In this document: positions 1 to 13,388 of the stretch, one piece after another
Numbering within the stretch: the first letter of the stretch is position 1
How the letters are laid out: each line of letters starts with the position of its first letter
From: Eledone cirrhosa
Taxonomy: Eukaryota
Assembly (NCBI GenBank): GCA_964016885.1
Contig: OZ024741.1
Coordinates: 408,456,001 to 408,520,000 of the forward strand
Reading direction: 5' to 3'
Length of the DNA: 64,000 nt
The notes under the pieces: model-generated
What the model was told of the DNA's origin: nothing
Seen by the model: the letters and a program-made list of their open reading frames with translations, nothing else
Databases searched by the model: none
Made by a program: the position numbers and the translations under genes

Positions 1-3000
1 GTGAGGCTAAGGTGCTGACACAACCAGGCAACCTCACCTGACACCTCAGTAAGGTGAGGCTAAGGTGCTGACACAACCAGGTAACCTCACCTGACATCTT
101 AGTAGGGTGAGGCTAAGGTGCTGACACAACCAGATAACCTCATCTGACACCTTAGTAGGGTGAGGCTAAGGTGCTGACACAACCAGGTAACCTCACCTGA
201 CACCTCATTAAGGTGAGGCTAAGGTGCTGACACAACCAGGTAACCTCATCTGACACCTCAGTAAGGTGAGGCTAAGGTGCTGAGACAACCAGGCACCATC
301 ACCTGACACCTCAGTAGGGTGAGGCTAAGGTGCTGACACAACCAGGTAACCTCACCTGACACCTCAGTAAGGTGAGGCTAAGGTGCTGAGACAACCAGGT
401 AACCTCACCTGACACCTTAGTAGGGTTAGGCTAAGGTGCTGAGACAACCAGGTAACCTCACCTGACACCTCAGTAAGGTGAGGCTAAGGTGCTGACACAA
501 CCAGGTAACCTCACCTGACACCTCAGTAAGGTGAGGCTAAGGTGCTGACACAACCAGGTAACCTCACCTGACACCTCAGCAAGGTGAGGCTAAGGTGCTG
601 ACACAACCAGGTAACCTCACCTGACACCTCAGTAAGGTGAGGCTAAGGTCCTGACACAACCAGGTAACCTCATGAGACACCTCAGTAAGGTGAGGCTAAG
701 GTGCTGTCACAACCAGGTAACCTCATCTGACATATCAGTAAGGTGAGGCTAAGGTGCTGACACAACCAGGTAACCTCACCTGACACCTCAGTAAGGTGAG
801 GCTAAGGTGCTGATACAGCCAGGTAACCTCACCTGACACCTTAGTAGGGTTAGGCTAAGGTGCTGAGACAACCAGGTAACCTCACCTGACACCTCAATAG
901 GGTGAGTCTAAGGTGCTGATACAACCAGGTAACCTCATCTGACACCTTAGTAGGGTGAGTCTAAGGTGCTGACACAACCAGGTAACCTCATCTGACACCT
1001 CCGTAAGGTGAGGCTAAGGTGTTGACACAACCAAGTAACCTCACCTGACACCTTAGTATAGTGAGGCTAATGTGCTGACACAACCAGGTAACCTCACATG
1101 TCACCTCAGTAGGGTGAGGCTAAGGTGCTGACACATCAGGTAACCTCACCTGACACCTCATTAAGGTGAGGCTAATGTGCTGACACAACCAGGTAACACC
1201 ACATACACCTCAGTAAGGTGAGGCTAAGGTGCTGACACAACCAGGTAACCTCACCTGACACCTTAGTCGGGTGAGGCTAAGATTCTGACACAACCAGATA
1301 ACCTCACCTGACACCTTAGTAGGGTGAGGCTAAGGTGCTGACCTGACACAACCAGGTAACCTCACATGTCACCTCAGTAGGGTGAGGCTAAGGTGCTGAC
1401 ACATCAGGTAACCTCACCTGACACCTCATTAAGGTGAGGCTAATGTGCTGACACAACCAGGTAACACCACATACACCTCATTAAGGTGAGGCTAAGGTGC
1501 TGACACAACCAGGTAACCTCAGCTGACACCTCAGTAAGGTGAGGCTAAGTTGCTGACACAACCAGGTAACCTCAACTGACACCTTAGTAGAGTGAGGCTA
1601 AGGTGCAGACACAACCAGATAACCTCACCTGACACCTTATTAGGGTGAGTCTAAGGTGCTGACACAACCAGATAACCTCACCTGACACCTTAGTAAGGTG
1701 AGGCTAAGGTGCTGACACAACCAGGTAACCTCACCTGACACCTTAGTAAGGTGAGGCTAAGGTGACACAACCAGGTAACCTCACCTGACACCTCAGTAAG
1801 GTGAGGCTAAGGTGCTGACACAACCAGGTAACCTCACCTGACACCCCAGTAAGGCGAGGCTAAGGTGCTGACACAACCAGGTAACATCATCTGACACATC
1901 TGTAAGGTGAGGCTAAGGTACTGACACAACCAGGAAACCTCACCTGACACCTTAGTCGGGTGAGGCTAAGATGCTGATACAACCATGTAACCTCATCTGA
2001 CACCTGAGTAGGGTGAGGCTAAGGTGCTGACACAACCAGGTAACCTCACCTGACACCTCAGTAAGGTGAGTCTAAGGTGCAGATACAACCAGATAACCTC
2101 ACCTGACACCTTAGTAGGGTGAGGCTAAGGTGCTGACACAACCAGGTAACCTCACCTTACACCTCATTAAGGTGAGGCTAAGGTGCTGACACAACCAGGT
2201 AACCTCAGCTGACACCTCAGTAAGGTGAGGCTAAGTTGCTGACACAACCAGGTAACCTCAACTGACACCTTAGTAGAGTGAGGCTAAGGTGCAGACACAA
2301 CCAGATAACCTCACCTGACACCTTAGTAGGGTGAGTCTAAGGTGCTGACACAACCAGGTAACATCACCTGACACCTTAGTAGGGTTAGGCTAAGTTGCTG
2401 AGACAACCAGGTAACCTCACCTCACACCTCAATAGGGTGAGTCTAATGTGCTGACACAACCAGGTAACCTCACCTGACACCCCAGTAAGGCGAGGCTAAG
2501 GTGCTGACACAACCAGGTAACCTCACCTGACACCCCAGTAAGGCGAGGCTAAGGTGCTGACAGAACCAGGTAACCTCACCTGACACCTCAGTAGGGTGAG
2601 ACTAAGGTGCTGACACAACAGGGTAACCTCAACTGACACCTCAGTAAGGCGAGGCTAAGGTGCTGACACAACCAGGTAACATCATGTGACAACTCAGTAA
2701 GGTGAGGCTAAGGTGCTGACACAACCAGGTAACCTCATCTGACACCTTAGTAAGGTGAGGCTAAGGTGACACAACCAGGTAACCTCACCTGACACCTTAG
2801 TAAGGCGAGGCTAAGGTGCTGACACAACCAGGTAACCTCACCTGACACCTCAGTAAGGCGAGGCTAAGGTGCTGACACAACCAGGTAACCTCACCTAACA
2901 CTCTAGTAAAGTGAGGCTAAGGTGCTGACACAACCAGGTAACCCCACATACACCTCAGTAAGGTGAGGCTAAGGTGCTGACACAACCAGGTAACCTCACC

Positions 3001-6000
3001 TGACACCTTAGTAGGGTGAGGCTAAGGTGACACAACCAGGTACCCTCACCTGACACCTCAGTAAGGTGAGGCTAAGGTGCTGACACAACCATGTAACCTC
3101 ATCTGACAAGACAGGAAGGTGAGGCTAAGGTTTCTTACACAACCAGGTAACCTCACCTGACACCTCAGTAAAGTGAGGCTAAGCTGCTGACACAACCAGG
3201 TAACATCATCTGACACCTCAGTAAGGTGAGTCTAAGGTGCTGAGACAACCAGGCACCCTGACCTGACACCTCAGTAGGGTGAGGCTAAGGTGCTGACACA
3301 AACAGGTAACCTGACCTGACACCTTAGTAAGGTGAGGCTAAGGTGCTGACACAACCAGGTAACCTCACCTGACACCTCAGTAAGGTGAGGCTAAGGTGCT
3401 GACACAACCAGGTAACCTCACCTGACACCTCAGTAAGGTGAGGCTAAGGTCCTGACACAACCAGGTAACCTCACCTGACACCTCAGTAAGGTGAGGCTAA
3501 GGTGCTGAGACAACCAGGTAACATCACCTGACACCCCAGTAAGGTGAGGCTAAGGTGCTGACACAACCAGGCAACCTCACCTGACACCTCAGTAAGGTGA
3601 GGCTAAGGTGCTGACACAACCAGGTAACCTCACCTGACATCTTAGTAGGGTGAGGCTAAGGTGCTGACACAACCAGATAACCTCATCTGACACCTTAGTA
3701 GGGTGAGGCTAAGGTGCTGACACAACCAGGTAACCTCACCTGACACCTCATTAAGGTGAGGCTAAGGTGCTGACACAACCAGGTAACCTCATCTGACACC
3801 TCAGTAAGGTGAGGCTAAGGTGCTGAGACAACCAGGCACCATCACCTGACACCTCAGTAGGGTGAGGCTAAGGTGCTGACACAACCAGGTAACCTCACCT
3901 GACACCTCAGTAAGGTGAGGCTAAGGTGCTGAGACAACCAGGTAACCTCACCTGACACCTTAGTAGGGTTAGGCTAAGGTGCTGAGACAACCAGGTAACC
4001 TCACCTGACACCTCAGTACGGTGAATCTAAGGTGCTGACACAACCAGGTAACCTCATCTGACACCTCAGTAAGGTGAAGCTAAGGTGTTGACACAACCAA
4101 GTAACCTCACCTGACACCTTAGTATAGTGAGGCTAATGTGCTGACACAACCAGGTAACACCACATACACCTCATTAAGGTGAGGCTAAGGTGCTGACACA
4201 ACCAGGTAACCTCACCTGACACCCCAGTAAGGCGAGGCTAAGGTGCTGACACAACCAGGTAACCTCACCTGACACCTTAGTCGGGTGAGGCTAAGATTCT
4301 GACACAACCAGATAACCTCACCTGACACCTTAGTAGGGTGAGGCTAAGGTGCTGACCTGACACAACCAGGTAACCTCACCTGACACCTCAGTAAGGTGAG
4401 GCTAAGGTGACACAACCAGGTACCCTCACCTGACACCCCAGTAAGGTGAGGCTAAGATGCTGACACAACCATGTAACCTCATCTGACAAGACAGTAAGGT
4501 GAGTCTAAGGTGCTGACACAACCAGGTAACCTCACCTGACACCTCAGTAGGGTGAGATTAAGGTACTGACACAACCAGGTAACCTCACCTGACACCTTAG
4601 TAGGGTGAGGCTAAGGTGCTGACACAACCAGGTAACCTCACCTGACACCTCAGTAGGGTGAGGCTAATGTACTGACACAACCATGTAATCTCACCTGACA
4701 CCTTAGTAAAGTGAGGCTAAGCTGCTGACACAACCAGGTAACCTAAACCGACACCTGAGTAAGGTGAGGCTAAGGTGCTGACACAACCAGGTAACCTCAC
4801 CTGACACATCAGCAAAGTGAGGCTAAGTTGCTGACACAACCAGGTAACATTATCTGACACCTCAGTAAGGTGAGTCTAAGGTGCAGATACAACCAGATAA
4901 CCTCACCTGACACCTTAGTAGGGTGAGGCTAAGGTGCTGACACAACCAGTTAACCTCACCTTACACCTCATTAAGGTGAGGCTAAGGTGCTGTCACAACC
5001 AGGTAACCTCAGCTGACACCTCAGTAAGGTGAGGCTAAGTTGCTGACACAACCAGGTAACCTCACCTGACACCTTAGTAGAGTGAGGCTAAGGTGCAGAC
5101 ACAACCAGATAACCTCACCTGACACCTTAGTAGGGTGAGGCTAAGGTGCTGACACAACCAGGTAACCTCACCTTACACCTCATTAAGGTGAGGCTAAGGT
5201 GCTGACACAACCAGGTAACCTCACCTGACACCTCAGTAGGGTGAGGCTAAGGTACTGACACAACCAGGTAACGTTCACCTGACACCTGAGTAAGGTGAGG
5301 CTAAGGTCCTGACACAACCAGGTAACCTCACCTGACACCTTAGTAGGGTGAGGCTATGGTTCTGACACAACCAGATAACCTCACCTGACACCTTAGTAGG
5401 GTGAGAATAAGGTGCTATCGCAACCAGGTAACCTCACCTGACACCTTAGTAAGGTGAGGCTAAGGTGCTGACACAACCAGGTAACCTAACCCGACACCTC
5501 AGTAAGGTGAGGCTAAGGTGTTGTCACAACCAGGTAACCTCATCTGACACCACAGTAAGGTGAGGCTAAGGTGCTGACACAACCAGGTAACATCACCTGA
5601 CACCTTAGTAAAGTGAGGATAAGGTGCTGACACAACCAGGTAACCTCACCTGACACCTCAGTAAGGTGAGGCTAAGGTCCTGACACAACCAGGTAAGCTC
5701 ATCTGACATATCAGTAAGGTGAGGCTAAGGTGCTGACACAACCAGGTAACCACACCTGACACCTCAGTAAGGTGAGGCTAAGGTGCTGACACAATCAGTT
5801 AACCTCACCTGACACCTCAGTAAGGTGAGGCTAAGGTGCTGATACAACCAGGTAACCTCACCTGACACCTTAGTAGGGTTAGGCTAAGGTGCTGAGACAA
5901 CCAGGTAACCTCACCTGACACCTCAATAGGGTGAGTCTAAGGTGCTGACACAACCAGGTAACCTCACCATACACATCAGCAAAGTGAGGCTAAGTTGCTG

Positions 6001-9000
6001 ACACAACCAAGTAACATCATCTGACACCTCAGTAAGGTGAGTCTAAGGTGCTGAGACAACCAGGCACCCTGACCTGACACCTCAGTAGGGTGAGGCTAAG
6101 GTGCTGACACAAACAGGTAACCTGACCTGACACCTTAGTAAGGTGAGGCTAAGGTGCTGACACAACCAGGTAACCTCACCTGACACCTCAGTAAGGTGAG
6201 GCTAAGGTGCTGACACAACCAGGTAACCTCACCTTACACCTCATTAAGGTGAGACTAAGGTGCTGACACAACCAGGTAACCTCACCTGACACCTCTCTAG
6301 GGTGAGGCTAAGGTACTGACACAACCAGGTAACCTCACCTGACACCTCAGTAAGGTGAAGCTAAGGTGCTGACACAACCAGGTAACCTGACCTGACACCT
6401 TAGTAAGATGAGGATGAGGTGACACAACCAGGTCACCTCACCTGACACCTTAGTAAGGTGAGGCTAAGGTGCTGACACAACCAGGTAACCTCACCTGACA
6501 CCTCAGTAGGGTGAGGCTAAGGTGCTGACACAACCAGGTAACCTAACCTGACACCTCAGTAGGGTGAGGCTAAGGTGCTGACACAACCAGGTAACCTCAC
6601 CTGACACCTTAGTAAGGTGAGGCTAAGGTGCTGACACAACCAGGTAACCTAACCTGACACCTCAGTAGGGTGAGGCTAAGGTGCTGACACAACCAGGTAA
6701 CCTCACCTGACAACCTCAGTAAGGTGAGGCTAAGGTGCTGACACAACCAGGTAACCTAACCTGACACCTCAGTAGGGTGAATCTAAGGTGCTGACACAAC
6801 CAGATAACCTCATCTGACACCTCATTAAGGTAAGGCTAAGGTGCTGACACAACCAGGTAACCTCACCTGACACCTTACTAAGGTAAGGCTAAGATGCTGA
6901 CACAACCAGGTAACCTCATCTGACACCTTAGTAAGGTGAGGCTAAGGTGCTGACACAACCAGGTAACATCACCTGACACCTCAGTAAGGTGAGGCTAAGG
7001 TGCTGATACAACCAGGTAACATCACCTGACACCTTAGTAAGGTGAGGCTAAGGTGCTGACACAACCAGGTAACCTCACCTGACACCTAAGTGAGGTGAAG
7101 CTAATGTGCTGACACAACCAGGTAACCTCACCTGACACCTCAGTAGGTGAGGCTAAGGTGCTGACACAACCAGGTAACCTCACCTGACACGACAGTAAGT
7201 TAAGGCTAAGGTGCTGACACCTCAGTAAGGTTAGGCTAAGGTGCTGACACAACCAGGTAACCTAACCTGACACCTAAGTGAGGTGAAGCTAATGTGCTGA
7301 CACAACCAGGTAACCTCACCTGACACCTCAGTAGGTGAGGCTAAGGTGCTGACACAACCAGGTAACCTCACCTGACACGACAGTAAGTTAAGGCTAAGGT
7401 GATGACACAACCAGGTAACCTCACCTGACAACCTCAGTAAGGTGAGGCTAAGGTGCTGACACAACCAGGTAACCTCACCTGACACCTCAGTAGGTGAGGC
7501 TAAGGTGCTGACACAACCAGATAACCTCATCTGACACCTCAGTAAGGTAAGGCTAAGGTGATGACACAACCAGGTAACCTCACCTGACAACCTCAGTAAG
7601 GTGAGGCTAAGGTGCTGACACAACCAGGTAACCTCACCTGACACCTCAGTAAGGTGAGGCTAAGGTGCTGACACAACCAGGTAACCTCATCTGACACCTT
7701 AGTAGGGTGAGGCTAAGGTGCTGACACAACCAGGTAACCTCACCTGACACCTAAGTAAGGTGAGGCTAAGGTGCTGACACAACCAGGTAACCTCATCTGA
7801 CACCTCAGTAAGGTGAGACTAAGCTGCTGACACAACCAGGTAACCTCACCTGACACCTTAGTAAGGTAAGGCTAAGGCGCTGACACAACCAGGTAACATC
7901 ATCTGACACCTCAGTAAGGTGAGGCTAAGGTGCTGACACAACCAGGTCACCTCACCTGTCACCTTAGTAAGGTGAGGCTAAGGTGCTGACAGAACCAGGT
8001 AACCTCACCTGATACCTAAGTGAGGTGAAGCTAATGTGCTGACACAACCAGGTAACCTCACCTGACACCTCAGTAGGTGAGGCTAAGGTGCTGACACAAC
8101 CAGGTAACCTCACCTGACACGTCAGTACGTTAAGGCTAAGGTGCTGACACAACCAGGTAACCTCACCTGACACCTCAGTAAGGTGAGGCTAAGGTGCTGA
8201 CACAACCAGGTAACCTAATCTGACACCTTAGTAGGGTGAGGCGAAGGTGCTGACACAACCAGGTAACCTCACCTGACACCTTAGTAAGGTGAGGCTAAGG
8301 TGACACAACCAGGTAACCTCACCTGACACCTCAGTAAGGTGAGGCTAAGGTGCTGACACAACCATGTAACCTCACCTGACACCTCAGTAAGGTGAGGCTA
8401 AGGTGCTGACACAACCAGGTAACCTCACCTGACATCTCAGTAAACTGAGGCTGAGGTGCTGACACAACCAGGAACCCTCATTTCACACCTCAGTAAGGTG
8501 AGGCTAAGGTGCTGACACAACCATGTAACCTCATGAGACACCTCAGTAAGGTGAGGCTAAGGTGCTGTCACAACCAGGTTACCTCATCTGACATATCAGT
8601 AAGGTGAGGCTAAGGTGCTGACACAACCAGGTAACCTCACCTGACACCTCAGTAAGGTGAGGCTAAGGTGATGATACAACCAGGTAACCTCGCCTGACAC
8701 CTTAGTAGGGTTAGGCTAAGGTGCTGAGACAACCAGGTAACCTCACCTGACACCTCAATAGGGTGAGTCTAAGGTACTGACACAACCAGGTAACCTCATC
8801 TGACACCTTAGTAGGGTGAGTCTAAGGTGCTGACACAACCAGGTAACCTCATCTGACACCTCAGTAAGGTGAGGCTAAGGTGTTGACACAACCAAGTAAC
8901 CTCACCTGACACCTTAGTATAGTGAGGCTAAGGTGCTGACACAACCAGGTAACACCACATACACCTCAGTAAGGTGAGGCTAAGGTGCTGACACAACCAG

Positions 9001-12000
9001 GTAACCTCACCTGACACCCCAGTAAGGCGAGGCTAAGGTGCTGACACAACCAGGTAACATCATCTGACACCTCTGTAAGGTGAGGCTAAGGTACTGACAC
9101 AACCAGGTAACCTCACCTGACACCTTAGTCGGGTGAGGCTAAGATTCTGACACAACCAGATAACCTCACCTGACACCTTAGTAAGGTGAGGCTAAGGTGA
9201 CACAACCAGGTACCCTCACCTGACACCTCAGTAAGATGAGGCTAAGATGCTGATACAACCATGTAACCTCATCTGACACCTCAGTAGGGGTGAGGCTAAG
9301 GTGCTGACACAACCAGGTAACCTCACCTGACACCTCAGTAAGGTGAGTCTAAGGTGCAGATACAACCAGATAACCTCACCTGACACCTTAGTAGGGTGAG
9401 GCTAAGGTGCTGACACAACCAGGTAACCTCACCTTACACCTCATTAAGGTGAGGCTCAGGTGCTGACACAACCAGGTAACCTCAGCTGACACCTCAGTAA
9501 GGTGAGGCTAAGTTGCTGACACAACCAGGTAACCTCAACTGACACCTTAGTAGAGTGAGGCTAAGGTGCAGACACAACCAGATAACCTCACCTGACACCT
9601 TAGTAGGGTGAGGCTAAGGTGCTGAGACAACCAGGTAACTTCACCTTACACCTCATTAAGGTGAGGCTAAGGTGCTGACACAACCAGGTAACCTCACCTG
9701 ACACCTTAGTAGGGTTAGGCTAAGTTGCTGAGACAACCAGGTAACCTCACCTGACACCTCAATAGGGTGAGTCTAAGGTGCTGACACAACCAGGTAACCT
9801 CACCTGACACCCCAGTAAGGCGAGGCTAAGGTCCTGACACAACCAGGTAACCTCACCTGACACCTCAGTAGGGTGAGGCTAAGGTGCTGACACAACCAGG
9901 TAACCTCACCTGACACCTCAGTAAGGCGAGGCTAAGGTGCTGACACAACCAGGTAACATCATCTGACAACTCAGTAAGGTGAGGCTAAGGTGCTGACACA
10001 ACCAGGTAACCTCATCTGACACCTTAGTAAGGTGAGGCTAAGGTGACACAACCAGGTAACCTCACCTGACACCTTAGTAAGGCGAGGCTAAGGTGCTGAC
10101 ACAACCAGGTAACCTCACCTGACACCTCAGTAAGGCGAGGCTAAGGTGCTGACACAACCAGGTACCTCACCTAACACTCTAGTAAAGTGAGGCTAAGGTG
10201 CTGACACAACCAGGTAACCCCACATACACCTCAGTAAGGTGAGGCTAAGGTGCTGACACAACCAGGTAACCTCACCTGACACCTTAGTAGGGTGAGGCTA
10301 AGGTGACACAATCAGGTACCCTCACCTGACACCTCAGTAAGGTGAGGCTAAGGTGCTGACACAACCATGTAACCTCATCTGACAAGACAGGAAGGTGAGG
10401 CTAAGGTTTCTTACACAACCAGGTAACCTCACCTGACACCTCAGTAAAGTGAGGCTAAGCTGCTGACACAACCAGGTAACCTCACCATACACATCAGCAA
10501 AGTGAGGCTAAGTTGCTGACACAACCAGGTAACATCATCTGACACCTCAGTAAGGTGAGTCTAAGGTGCTGAGACAACCAGGCACCCTGACCTGACACCT
10601 CAGTAGGGTGAGGCTAAGGTGCTGACACAAACAGGTAACCTGACCTGACACCTTAGTAAGGTGAGGCTAAGGTGCTGACACAACCAGGTAACCTCACCTG
10701 ACACCTCAGTAAGGTGAGGCTAAGGTGCTGACACAACCAGGTAACCTCACCTGACACCCCAGTAAGGCGAGGCTATGGTGCTGCACAACCAGGTAATCTC
10801 ATCTGACTCCTCAGTAAGGTGAGGCTAAGGTGCTGACACAACCAGGTAACCTAACCTGACACCTCAGTAAGGTGAATCTAAGGTGCTGACACAACCAGAT
10901 AACCTCATCTGACACCTCAGTAAGGTAAGGCTAAGGTGATGACACAACCAGGTAACCTCATCTGACACCTCAGTAAGGTGAGGCTAAGGTGCTGACACAA
11001 CCAGGTAACCTAACCTGACACCTAAGTGAGGTGAAGCTAATGTGCTGACACAACCAGGTAACCTCACCTGACACCTCAGTAGGTGAGGCTAAGGTGCTGA
11101 CACAACCAGGTAACCTCACCTGACACGACAGTAAGTTAAGGCTAAGGTGCTGACACAACCAGGTAACCTCACCTGACACCTCAGTAAGGTGAGGCTAAGG
11201 TGCTGACACAACCAGGTAACCTCATCTGACACCTTAGTAGGGTGAGGCTAAGGTGCTGACACAACCAGGTAACCTCACCTGACACCTAAGTAAGGTGAGG
11301 CTAAGGTGCTGACACAACCAGGTAATCTCACCTGACACCTTAGTAAGGTGAGGCTAAGGTGACACAACCAGGTAACCTGACCCGACACCTCAGTAAGGTG
11401 AGGCTAAGGTGCTGACACAACCATGTAACCTCATCTGACACCTCAGTAAGGTGAGGCTAAGGTGCTGACACAACCAGGTAACCTCACCTGACATCTCAGT
11501 AAGGTGAAGCTAAGGTGCTGACACAACCAGGAACCCTCATTTCACACCTCAGTAAGGTGAGGCTAAGGTGCTGCCACAATCAGCTAACCTCACCTGACAC
11601 CTAAGTAAGGTGAGGCTAAGGTGCTGATACAACAAGGTAACCTCACCTGACACACCAGTAAGGTGAAGCTAAGATGCTGACACAACCAGGTAACCTCACC
11701 TGACACCTTAGTAGGGTTAGGCAAAGGTGTTGACACAACCAGGTAACCTCACCTGACACCTCAGTAGGGTGAGGCTAAGGTGCTGACACAACCAGGTACC
11801 CTCACCTGACACCCCAGTAAGGCGAGGCTAAGGTGCTGACACAACCAGGTAACATCATCTGACACCTCAGTAAGGTGAGGCTAAGGTGCTGACACAACCA
11901 GGTAACCTCACCTGACACCTTAGTAGGGTGAGGCTAAGGTTCTGACACAACCAGATAACCTCACCTGACACCTTAGTAGGGTGAGGCTAAGGTGCTGACA

Positions 12001-13388
12001 CAACCAGGTAACCTCACCTGACACCTCAGTAAGGTGAGGCTAAGATGCTGACACAACCATGTAACCTCATCTGACAAGACAGTAAGGTGAGGCTAAGGTG
12101 CTGACACAACCATGTAACATTATCTGACACCTCAGTAAGGTGAGTCTAAGGTGCAGACACAACCAGATAACCTCACCTGACACCTGAGTAGGGTGAGGCT
12201 AAGGTGCTGACACAACCAGGTAACCTCACCTTACACCTCATTAACGTGAGGCTAAGGTGCTGACACAACCAGGTAACCTTACCTGACACCTCAGCAAGGT
12301 GAGACTAAGGTGCTGACACAACCAGGTAACCTCACCTGACACCTCGGTAAGGTGAGGCTAAGGTGCTGATACAACCAGGTAACATCACCTGACACCTTAG
12401 TAAAGTGAGGCTAAGGTGCTGACACAACCAGGTAACCTCATCTGACACCTCAGTAAGGTGAGGCTAAGGTTCTGACACAACCAGGTAACCTCACCTGACA
12501 CCTTGTTAAGGTGAGGCTAAGGTGCTGACACAACCAGGTAACATCATCTGACACCTCAGTAACGTGAGGCTAAGGTGCTGAGACAACCAGGTAACCTCAC
12601 CTGACACCTCAGTAGGGTGAGGCTAAGGTACTGACACAATCAGGTAATCTCACCTGACACCTCAGTAGGGTGAGGCTAAGGTACTGACACAACCAGGTAA
12701 CATCACCTGACACCTGAGTAAGGTGAGGCTAAGGTACTGACACAACCAGGTAACCTCACCTGACACCTTTGTAGGGTGAGGCTAAGGTTCTGACACAACC
12801 AGATAACTTCACCTGACACCTTAGTAGGGTGAGAATAATGTGCTATCGCAACCAGGTAACCTCACCTGACACCTTAGTAAGGTGAGGCTAAGTTGCTGAC
12901 ACAACCTGGTCACCTCACCTGACACCCCAGTAAGGCGAGGCTAAGGTGCTGACACAACCAGGTAACCTCATCTGACACCTAAGTAAGGTGAGGCTAAGGT
13001 GCTGACACAACCAGGTAACCTCACCTGACACCTTAGTAGGGTGAGGCTAAGGTTCTGACACAACCAGATAACCTCACCTGACACCTTAGTAGGGTGAGGC
13101 TAAGGTGCTGACACAACCAGGTAACCTCACCCGACACCTCAGTAAGGTGAGGCTAAGGTGCTGACACAAACAGGTACCCTCATCTGACACCTCAGTAAGG
13201 TGAGGCTAAGGTGCTGACACAACCAGGTAACCTCACCTGACACCTCAGTAGGGTGAGGCTAAGGTACTGACACAACCAGGTAACCTCACCTGACACCTTA
13301 GTAGGGTGAGGCTAAGGTACTGACACAACCAGGTAACCTCACCTGACACCTTAGTTGGGTGAGGCTAAGGTACTGACACAACCAGGTA
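1..13388. repeat. Satellite A, 53-bp monomer, array 1 (runs off the left edge)
   Basis: Tandem consensus GTGAGGCTAAGGTGCTGACACAACCAGGTAACCTCACCTGACACCT(C/T)AGTA(A/G)G. Occasional 50-bp (GCT-deleted) and 52/54-bp variants occur. About 250 copies by length. Confidence 0.98.
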
